A stretch of DNA of 64,000 bases, taken from a candidate division FCPU426 bacterium. GTDB taxonomy: Bacteria; Oederibacteriota; Muellerivitia; Muellerivitales; Muellerivitaceae. Positions 19,389 to 26,599 of the stretch are shown piece after piece (position 1 is the stretch's first letter; every line of letters begins with the position of its first letter). The DNA lies in contig CAVTWJ010000004.1 in assembly GCA_963738405.1 (NCBI GenBank), positions 33,047-97,046 of the forward strand, read 5' to 3'. A program made the position numbers and the translations under genes. A model generated the notes under the pieces. That model worked only from the letters and a program-made list of their open reading frames with translations. It made no database searches and had not been told where the DNA came from.

Positions 19389-19444
19389 ATTTGGAGTGGG
19401 CGTCAAGGAACCAGTCGCCGGAAAATATCATGGTTGTATATAGG

Positions 19445-19453
19445 TGATATACT
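19445..19453 (+). promoter_or_regulatory. Candidate extended -10 promoter
   Basis: TG-A-TATACT upstream of the hairpin cluster and low-GC genes; no good -35 seen. Confidence 0.35.
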
Positions 19454-19644
19454 GGCCGCATTGAAAAACCCGGCAGTTGAAACGGGATATTAACGGCAGG
19501 GCGTTATTGAACGGGATGGTTATCGATGGAACCTGAAGTCCAATAATAAAAAAACCGGGTCTGGTCCCACGCTCTCCAGCGTGGAACAGGGCTCAATTCA
19601 CCGCAGAATTGAGCAGGGATTAACCATTATTAGTACGAGTTAGG

Positions 19645-19672
19645 TGTTCACGATGGGGACCCGTCGTGGACA
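19645..19672. repeat. Palindromic hairpin repeat, copy 2
   Basis: TGTTCACGATGG-GGAC-CCGTCGTGGACA, with two T.G wobbles. Confidence 0.88.
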
Positions 19673-19712
19673 GGTAACATGGATTGGGAAACATTGAAAG
19701 AGGATGTGAAGT

Positions 19713-20117
19713 TTGGCAAAAAATGAAAAAATCCAAATATTATTATTCCCTTTTCTGTTCCTTGGGTTAATGATTATTTTTCCATATATAAGTTTTGGAT
19801 TTAATAAATGGCTTGGGAGAAATTTAGGGAATTTTTTATTTTTTCTACCGCAATATGTATTTCCATATGACGGGTATTTCAGAAGTGGCCCGTTTGATGA
19901 AACTGCCCACTTAAGTCTTCATCCGCTTGGTTTGCCAGGATGGATTGCATCGTTGATTCATTGGACGATTGTCATTTTTATTTATTATTGGCTTACTCGA
20001 AAATTATCCTTTGGAAAATCACTTCTAATGTTTTGCTTTTTGGCTATTTCATCATTAGTAATTGTCTATTTTTCATTGGGGGTTTTTGGATGGAATTTCA
20101 GCATTGATGGACCATAA
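19713..20117 (+). CDS. Low-GC hypothetical membrane protein
   Basis: 134 aa, about 3 hydrophobic helices; TTG start after GAGG; AT-rich codon use. Confidence 0.7.
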   Translation: MAKNEKIQILLFPFLFLGLMIIFPYISFGFNKWLGRNLGNFLFFLPQYVFPYDGYFRSGPFDETAHLSLHPLGLPGWIASLIHWTIVIFIYYWLTRKLSFGKSLLMFCFLAISSLVIVYFSLGVFGWNFSIDGP

Positions 20118-20130
20118 AAAAGGAATTCTC

Positions 20131-20160
20131 TTGTCCACGACGGGGACCCGTCGTGGACAA
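20131..20160. repeat. Palindromic hairpin repeat, copy 3
   Basis: TTGTCCACGACGG-GGAC-CCGTCGTGGACAA, perfect stem. Confidence 0.93.
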
Positions 20161-20202
20161 AGAAAAAAGGCGTAAAGTGTTATCGGCAATAGGAGATCGA
20201 AA

Positions 20203-20538
20203 ATGGATCGCAAAATAATCGCCGAAGTTATATTCGCATTTTTAGGAGTATGGATGATCGCCCTCCCTTCATTCTTTTTAAAGTTCCTCGCAAAGGGGGC
20301 ACAGTTTAATTATGAAAATTTAAAATCAAATTTAGATAGGATTAAAAGGGAAGGGCCGGCAAATCTGAACGAAAAATTAGCGACGAAATTTGGTCCCAAC
20401 ATCTTTCAAAAAATCTCGATGAATAAGGATGTTTATAAACCCCCGACGGAAACACAAAAGTGGTTAATGAGATCATTGGGGATATTATTCGTTTGCATAT
20501 CTCTTGGCGTTTTATTCAATCTGATTGGGGTTAGATGA
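20203..20538 (+). CDS. Low-GC hypothetical membrane protein (2 TM)
   Basis: AGGAG RBS; hydrophobic N- and C-terminal helices. Confidence 0.75.
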   Translation: MDRKIIAEVIFAFLGVWMIALPSFFLKFLAKGAQFNYENLKSNLDRIKREGPANLNEKLATKFGPNIFQKISMNKDVYKPPTETQKWLMRSLGILFVCISLGVLFNLIGVR

Positions 20539-20602
20539 AACATTGTTAATTTTTCTCTCCAGTTTCTTAACCGATTTGAGGACCGTTTGGTTGAAGCTTG
20601 TT

Positions 20603-20630
20603 TGTCCACGACGGGGACCCATCGTGGACA
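20603..20630. repeat. Palindromic hairpin repeat, copy 4
   Basis: TGTCCACGACGG-GGAC-CCATCGTGGACA, one mismatch. Confidence 0.9.
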
Positions 20631-20687
20631 GAAAAATAAAGTGTAAGTATTTCATTTGGACGGTATTACGGGAAAAAGGATTAGAAT

Positions 20688-21221
20688 TTGGAAACTAAAA
20701 CGGAAATAAATCCAAACGAATTTAGAACACTTTACCGTCCCCGTTTTGCTGATTGGCTCATTGCTTGTCTTTTTTTCTTAACTTTTGGTTTGGGACTTCC
20801 ATCTATGTTGGTTGAAAAAAGTTTGGATGTTTGGGGAAAGAACATTTTATCTTTGGATTCGATTGAAAGGTTTTTTGGGTGCGTTGTAGTAATCGGAATG
20901 GAAATAATTTTATTGAAAGAATGTTTAAAATCTTGGCTTTCTGAAGTTAGTGTTAATTCTATGAGACTAAAATTAAAAATTCTTTCTTTTGAAAAAATAA
21001 TTGAATGGAAAACTCTTCATTCTATTTCTCTTTCGCCCAATAGCTGGGGAACAGTTGATTTGTATTTGTTTTTTCCAAATAAAAAGAAAATTAGGTTTTG
21101 GTCGGCCTTTGGTCCTGCAAGTAGATTTATCTACCAAGGTATAAAAGAATTCAGACCTGATCTGATTGATGAACTGAAAAAGCAGGGGAAAATGCATGAG
21201 TATAAAGGTGTATTTATTTAA
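20688..21221 (+). CDS. Low-GC hypothetical membrane protein (2 TM plus possible PH-like soluble domain)
   Basis: 177 aa; two hydrophobic helices then a beta-rich tail with IEWKTLHSI; TTG start after AAGGA. Confidence 0.7.
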   Translation: METKTEINPNEFRTLYRPRFADWLIACLFFLTFGLGLPSMLVEKSLDVWGKNILSLDSIERFFGCVVVIGMEIILLKECLKSWLSEVSVNSMRLKLKILSFEKIIEWKTLHSISLSPNSWGTVDLYLFFPNKKKIRFWSAFGPASRFIYQGIKEFRPDLIDELKKQGKMHEYKGVFI

Positions 21222-21235
21222 ACCAGATACTTAAC

Positions 21236-21283
21236 CTGTCCACGACGGGGACCCGTCGTGGACAGTCAGTACCACTGACTGTC
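21236..21283. repeat. Palindromic hairpin repeat copy 5 with overlapping second palindrome
   Basis: CTGTCCACGACGG-GGAC-CCGTCGTGGACAG (21236-21265) overlaps GACAGTCAGT-ACC-ACTGACTGTC (21261-21283). Confidence 0.92.
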
Positions 21284-21433
21284 TTATTCGAAAATGTTTC
21301 CCCGGAACTTTCTAGCTTTCTCAAAAAATTTTAGGGGAATGATAAACCTGTACTTACCTGGTAAAGTTACCCCCTGTCCGCAAAAGGAACCCGTTGTGAA
21401 CAAAGAAAATGCCGATAAGGAGCCTTCCAAACC

Positions 21434-21757
21434 ATGACTTCGCGCCCGCCCCTTTTGATTGTGCTCTGCTTCCTAGGACTCGTTGGTTGTTTTCTGAACA
21501 TGATGATGGTTTTATCCCCGCCTGTGCGCGAGATCGCGCCCTGGTTTCCAGGCTACCTATCGGCAGCGACGGCCCTAGCGGCCGCCTGCCTGGGGGGACT
21601 GTGGTTTCTCAAACGTTGGGCCCTATGGGGATATACCTTTTATTTTCTGGCCCAGCAATCCGTCTTTCTTTTGCTTCATCGCTGGGATGCCCATGCCTTG
21701 ATCCTTCCCTTGGCCGTGACGGCTACGGCCTGGGCCTATTCAAAGAATATGAAGTGA
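21434..21757 (+). CDS. Small hypothetical membrane protein (about 4 TM)
   Basis: TAAGGAG RBS; strongly hydrophobic 107 aa. Confidence 0.75.
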   Translation: MTSRPPLLIVLCFLGLVGCFLNMMMVLSPPVREIAPWFPGYLSAATALAAACLGGLWFLKRWALWGYTFYFLAQQSVFLLLHRWDAHALILPLAVTATAWAYSKNMK

Positions 21758-21767
21758 GCGTTTAAAC

Positions 21768-22772
21768 TTGGCTGCCTTCCTCCCTTTTCGGGGAACCCTC
21801 CATCCGCGCGGCTCCTTTGATTTGAATCTCACCCTTCTTTGCGGACAATGTTTCCGCTGGAAAAAATCAGCCGAGCCCGGGGTTTTGGAGGGGGTGGCCG
21901 GTGGGGCCTATTGGCGGCTTCGCCAGGAGGACTTGGTTATTCACTGGGAGTGCTCATCCCACGAAGTGAAAAAGGTACCGCCATCCGATTGGATTGCCGA
22001 CTACCTGAATCTGGGCCAGGATCTGTCCGATTTTGAGAAAAATTTTCAGGATCACCCCATCCTTTCCTTGCCCCTGCGACAGTTGGGAGGTTTGCGCTTG
22101 GTGAGACAGGAACCCTGGGAATGCGCCGTTTCTTATCTTTTTGCTCAAAGCCTTTCCGTCAAGGTGATTCAAAAGGCGCTGGATCGGTTTTGCGCGAAAT
22201 TTGGAACAGAAATCTCCGAGGCGCCGGGCGCTTTTGCTTTTCCCGAACCGCGGGAAGTGAGCCTGTTAAACCCCGGGGAGCTCCGGCCCTACGCCAACAA
22301 CAACCGGGCCCGGGCGGAACGGATCGTGAAATTGGCCCGGACCTTGGAATCCAGGGTTCTGACCCTGGAGCACCTGAAAACCATACCCTGCGATGAGGCG
22401 AGGGAAGCCTTGACGGGATTGGAAGGCATTGGGCCCAAAATCGCCGATTGCATCCTTCTCTTTTCGCTGGACCATGGTTCGGCCTTTCCGGTGGATCGCT
22501 GGGTCTTGAGGGCCCTGAAACAACATTTTCCAGGGGTACGGTTTCTTCAGGCGGTCGGCTTGAATCCAACCCCCGCCCAATATCCCCGATTAGTCCAAAA
22601 GGCCCGAGCGGTCTTCGGCCCATGGTGCGGTTTGGCGAGCGAATATCTTTTTTTATATTTCAGGCTTTTGGAAGATCCGGCTCTGCGATTGGAACTGGGA
22701 AAAGAATTGGTGAGTCCCTTTTCAACCGTTATAGGGTTCAAGACTAAAAGGAAGGCTTTCAAAAAAGCCTGA
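21768..22772 (+). CDS. 8-oxoguanine DNA glycosylase (OGG1-like, HhH-GPD)
   Basis: TLLCGQCFRW N-terminal motif, RQEPWE, HhH motif GIGPKIADC, FPVD. Confidence 0.88.
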   Translation: MAAFLPFRGTLHPRGSFDLNLTLLCGQCFRWKKSAEPGVLEGVAGGAYWRLRQEDLVIHWECSSHEVKKVPPSDWIADYLNLGQDLSDFEKNFQDHPILSLPLRQLGGLRLVRQEPWECAVSYLFAQSLSVKVIQKALDRFCAKFGTEISEAPGAFAFPEPREVSLLNPGELRPYANNNRARAERIVKLARTLESRVLTLEHLKTIPCDEAREALTGLEGIGPKIADCILLFSLDHGSAFPVDRWVLRALKQHFPGVRFLQAVGLNPTPAQYPRLVQKARAVFGPWCGLASEYLFLYFRLLEDPALRLELGKELVSPFSTVIGFKTKRKAFKKA

Positions 22773-22815
22773 AAACCTATAAAATTTTTAACCAATTCAT
22801 TTTAAGGACCCTCCA

Positions 22816-24228
22816 TTGCGTGCCCATCTTCTCATTGTTGACGATGAAGAAAGCGTTCGTGAATCTTTCCGTCTTGCTCTCCAGGAAAAATACGAGATGA
22901 CTTTTGCCGAGAATGTTAAATCGGCATTAAAGGCGCTTAAACTTCGGGATTATGACCTTTGCCTGCTTGATATTCTCCTGCCGGACGGGTCGGGAGTGGA
23001 TCTTTTAAGGCAGGTGAAACGGAGGGACGAGACCCTAGACGCCATCATGGTGACGGCGGTTCAGGGTGTGGATGTCGCATTGGACGCGATGAAACTTGGC
23101 GCTTACGATTACGTGACTAAACCCTATAAACTTGAAGAGTTGTATGCCGTCATCCATCGCGCGCTTATGAAGCGTAAAATGGAACGGGAAAACCGTTACC
23201 TGAAAGAAGAAAGACAAAAACACCATCCCCTGGCCCTGTTGGGCTCCAGTCCGGAATTTCGTGAAGTCCTTAAAAAAATCGAGGGAATCGCCGCGGTGGA
23301 GGGTCCGGTTTTAATTACAGGGGAATCGGGATGCGGGCAGGAAGACATCGCCCGGGAAATTCATCGATTAAGCCCAAGATCCAACGGTCCCTTTGTCTGT
23401 TTGGATTGTTCCGACGTTCAGAGGGGACATTGGGACAGTGAACTTTTCGGCATGGAGGGGGATGATTCGTATAAAAGAACTCCTCAATACGGCAAATTGG
23501 ATTTTGCCCAAGGGGGGACTCTTTTTTTAAACCAAGTCGATTCCATCCCCGCCCTAATACAGGACAAGCTGGCCGACGCGCTAACGGAAAAGCAATTTAC
23601 CCGGCTGGAAAGCAAAGTCGTTCAATCGTTGGATGTCCGGGTGATCGCTTCCTTCGAAATCGAATCGTCGGCCCACACCGCCGCACCGCCATTGCGAAAA
23701 GACCTTTTCCAAATATTGAAGATTTTCCCCTTGGCCATTCCGCCTTTAAGGGAAAGGGAAGGGGACCTGCCTGAACTCCTAAATCAATTCCTTAAAAACG
23801 CCAATCAAAGGGCCAATGTTCCGGTTAAAACGATTCATAAGGATGTCATCCAGCTTTTGGTGAAATATCCTTGGCCCGGAAATCTTCGGGAAATGGAAGC
23901 GGTTGTGGAAATGATGGTTCTCTTCGCGGGGAAAGAAAGCCTGGGAATGGAGGATGTTCCCCTTGATTTACTTGTAAAACAAATCGACCTGGCTCCGTCG
24001 AGGGAGGACGCTAAAATTTCCCTCAAAAGGGTCCGTCACCAGTTTGAAAGGCAATATATCCGGAATGTTTTGGAGCGCACCCGGGGAAACCAAACCCGGA
24101 CCGCGGCAACTCTTGGACTTCATCGCAATACGCTCATCTGGAAATTGAAAGAATTGGATCTTGAAGGTGAATATAAGCAGATTGTGAAGAAGAGGCGTGA
24201 TCGGGGGATTGGTTTTAAGGACCTTTAA
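22816..24228 (+). CDS. NtrC-like response regulator (REC-AAA+-Fis HTH) with degenerate ATPase motifs
   Basis: REC (VDDE, LLDILLPD, KP), ITGESG, GGTLFL, WPGNLRE, HTH GNQTRTAATLGLHRNTL. Confidence 0.88.
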   Translation: MRAHLLIVDDEESVRESFRLALQEKYEMTFAENVKSALKALKLRDYDLCLLDILLPDGSGVDLLRQVKRRDETLDAIMVTAVQGVDVALDAMKLGAYDYVTKPYKLEELYAVIHRALMKRKMERENRYLKEERQKHHPLALLGSSPEFREVLKKIEGIAAVEGPVLITGESGCGQEDIAREIHRLSPRSNGPFVCLDCSDVQRGHWDSELFGMEGDDSYKRTPQYGKLDFAQGGTLFLNQVDSIPALIQDKLADALTEKQFTRLESKVVQSLDVRVIASFEIESSAHTAAPPLRKDLFQILKIFPLAIPPLREREGDLPELLNQFLKNANQRANVPVKTIHKDVIQLLVKYPWPGNLREMEAVVEMMVLFAGKESLGMEDVPLDLLVKQIDLAPSREDAKISLKRVRHQFERQYIRNVLERTRGNQTRTAATLGLHRNTLIWKLKELDLEGEYKQIVKKRRDRGIGFKDL

Positions 24229-24231
24229 TTT

Positions 24232-25404
24232 ATGAGCGAATCTAAGATTCCGTCATCTTTCCCAGGAATGATCCCCCTGCGTTCCCTTTTGAAAACAGGG
24301 ACTGACGACTCCCTTGATCTTGCCACCCTAAGCCGATACCTGGAAGAACGCTTTCATTACCCCCCGCTGACTTTTTTGCGAAAAACCCATGAGGGATTGC
24401 TGGGTTCGTGGAATGGCTCACCCGTGCGGATCGCCCCCTCCACCTCCCGCTACCGGCAAATGGCGAGTTCTTTAAAAACCTCTAGGGGGGTGCGCTCAAA
24501 CACAAAGCCCTGGGCTCTGTTATTTCCAGTTTTTGTCGGCCAGGAATGGGTGGGATGCCTGGCGGTCGGTCAAGACGCCGGGGGGAAAGAACTGTCGCGT
24601 CATTTCCTGGAATCCTGGATTCCCCTCCTCGTTTGGACACTGGGAATGGTTTTGGAAAACCGCCAGCTTGGGAAAATGCTTGAAAGGGCCGATCGTCAAT
24701 CTTCTCTTGGGTTTCTTTCCGCCGGAGTATTTCATGAAATAAGAAATCCACTGACCGCCTTGAGCACCTTAATTCAATTACTGCCCCTGAAAAAAAATGA
24801 CCCGGCCTTCATGGATTCTTTCCAAGCTCTCATGCTGAAAGAATTGGAACGCCTTGAGGTCTTGACCGATCAAAGTTTAAAGTTCGCCCGAACAGGCGGG
24901 AAGACCGTCGAGGACGTGGACTTACAGGAAACCCTTGAACGCATTCACCAGCTCATCCGGCCCAGTCTTGGCCGTAAAAAAATCCGTTTTTTATTTAGAG
25001 TTGAACAGGGCTTGAGCCTCAAGGTTGAACAGGCGCAATTTGAAAGCTTGGCGGTGAATCTGCTTAAAAACGCAATCAACGCCGTCGGAGGGAAAGGATT
25101 GGTTCAGGTGAGCGCGAAAAGGCTCCGGCCCGGCAAGGGCATTGTAAAATCCTGGGTTTGTCTTTCGGTCAAGGATGACGGCAAGGGTATCCCGTCAGGG
25201 GAAATTGAGAGGATTTTTGACCCCTATTTCACGACCCGAAATGGCGGAACGGGGTTGGGACTTGCCATTTGCCAGAGGATCATGGAAAACCACGGTGGAC
25301 ATCTTAAAGTAAAGAGTAAACGAAGGCAGGGCACTGTTTTTACAGCCTATTTTCCATCTCATTACAGGGTAAAAAATAAGGGGTTTTCCGATTTCCAACC
25401 CTAA
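24232..25404 (+). CDS. Sensor histidine kinase
   Basis: H-box FHEIRNPL, N-box NLLKNA, DDGKGI, FDPYFTT, GTGLGL. Confidence 0.9.
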   Translation: MSESKIPSSFPGMIPLRSLLKTGTDDSLDLATLSRYLEERFHYPPLTFLRKTHEGLLGSWNGSPVRIAPSTSRYRQMASSLKTSRGVRSNTKPWALLFPVFVGQEWVGCLAVGQDAGGKELSRHFLESWIPLLVWTLGMVLENRQLGKMLERADRQSSLGFLSAGVFHEIRNPLTALSTLIQLLPLKKNDPAFMDSFQALMLKELERLEVLTDQSLKFARTGGKTVEDVDLQETLERIHQLIRPSLGRKKIRFLFRVEQGLSLKVEQAQFESLAVNLLKNAINAVGGKGLVQVSAKRLRPGKGIVKSWVCLSVKDDGKGIPSGEIERIFDPYFTTRNGGTGLGLAICQRIMENHGGHLKVKSKRRQGTVFTAYFPSHYRVKNKGFSDFQP

Positions 25405-25462
25405 GCCATTCTTTAATTTTTATAATTTTGGTATCCTTGGGTGACAAATTTGGAGGGGGCAG

Positions 25463-26086
25463 ATGGTCGATCAAAAAAAACGGATATTGATTCTTCAAAT
25501 GAATCCCGTTTTTCTGAAAAAGCTCGTGAAATCATGTTCCTCACTCGGCGATGTATTTACAGCGCAATCTCCCGAGGAGGCGTTAGAAGCGGTTTCACTT
25601 AACACCTTCGATCTGCTTCTTTTACAGTGGGAACTTATTTCTGCCGACAAACCCCTGAATTTTGAAACCATCCGCCAATTTCAGCCCAAAAGCGCGAAAA
25701 TAGCTCTTTTGCACATTTCGGATTTGTCCTCCGTGATATCGGCCATGAAAACGGGCTTTACGGACATCATCTGGTTCGGGATTGAACGGATTCTTCTTAA
25801 ACAAAAACTGGAAGATTCTTTAACCTTTAGTCCTATGACGGGTGTCAATCACACGCATATGACTCCTCTAGTGAAAGCCCTGACTCAAAGGAACCTGGAT
25901 CAAAAAGCCACTCTTTTTCAGGCTCGGAAAGAATTTTCGAAACTGTTTTTGCAAATGATGATGAAACACAGCCGATTACGCCGACCCGAATTAGCAGCCC
26001 TTTTGGAGGTAAGTCCCCGAACCCTTCAGCGCCATTTGACCCTTTCGGGCATTTTCAAATCCTCACTAACCCCCAAAAACCCTTGA
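25463..26086 (+). CDS. Pseudo-receiver domain plus Fis-like HTH protein
   Basis: CheY-like pattern (RILIL...FDLLLLQW...AMKTG) without the acidic residues; C-terminal ELAALLEVSPRTLQR. Confidence 0.65.
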   Translation: MVDQKKRILILQMNPVFLKKLVKSCSSLGDVFTAQSPEEALEAVSLNTFDLLLLQWELISADKPLNFETIRQFQPKSAKIALLHISDLSSVISAMKTGFTDIIWFGIERILLKQKLEDSLTFSPMTGVNHTHMTPLVKALTQRNLDQKATLFQARKEFSKLFLQMMMKHSRLRRPELAALLEVSPRTLQRHLTLSGIFKSSLTPKNP

Positions 26087-26165
26087 AAAAGGTAGAAAAT
26101 CCTTGCCTAAGGCCCGAATTCCCTGATATAAATGATATGGGAATTGCTATTCCAGGAGGTGGACG

Positions 26166-26441
26166 TTGACCAAGAGCGAATTGTTGGGATCATTAGCGAA
26201 TGATACGGGCTTGAAGAAGAAAGACGTAGATAATGTGATGCAGGCCCTCAGAAATACCATCTACAAAACCTTGAAAACCGAGCATAAAATCAAATTGGAT
26301 GGTTTGGGCGTGTTTCAGTTGAAAGACCGCAAAGCCCGGGTTGCCCGCAACCCCCGCACCGGCGAAATGGTGAATGTGCCCGCGAAAAAGGTAGTTAAAT
26401 TCCGGGTTTTGAAAGATCTCAAAGAAGCCGTTTTGTCCTGA
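26166..26441 (+). CDS. hup: Histone-like DNA-binding protein HU
   Basis: MTKSEL, GLGVF, RKARVARNPRTGE motifs; AGGAGG RBS. Confidence 0.95.
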   Translation: MTKSELLGSLANDTGLKKKDVDNVMQALRNTIYKTLKTEHKIKLDGLGVFQLKDRKARVARNPRTGEMVNVPAKKVVKFRVLKDLKEAVLS

Positions 26442-26456
26442 TTTGAAGCATTCTTT

Positions 26457-26489
26457 AAAGCACCCCGCTTTGCGGGGTGCTTTTTTTTT
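26457..26489 (+). terminator. Intrinsic terminator
   Basis: AAAGCACCCCGC-TTT-GCGGGGTGC followed by a T9 run. Confidence 0.93.
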
Positions 26490-26599
26490 GCTCCTATATC
26501 TGAATGTTTTTTTGAATAAACCGTTATTTTTAAAGTATCTCTTTTAAAACCATTTTCTGGAATACCAGTGGGAAATGGAATAATCTTCCCCTACAACCC

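Noticed and set aside
19645..21265. CRISPR array or canonical integron attC sites
   Set aside because: Intervals are 470-630 bp and contain whole genes; the hairpins lack consistent RYYYAAC/GTTRRRY ends and extrahelical bases; no intI in the window
15531..21265. 28-bp hairpins as simple intrinsic terminators or DnaA-box pairs
   Set aside because: No U-tract directly follows the stems in a consistent way (A-tracts follow on the + strand); TTGTCCACG only approximates a DnaA box and there is no oriC gene context
22263..22271. Isolated CTGTTAAAC inside the glycosylase gene, and lone GTTAAAC/GTTTAAC near 43163, 62047 and 62465
   Set aside because: Single unphased short matches are expected by chance in 64 kb
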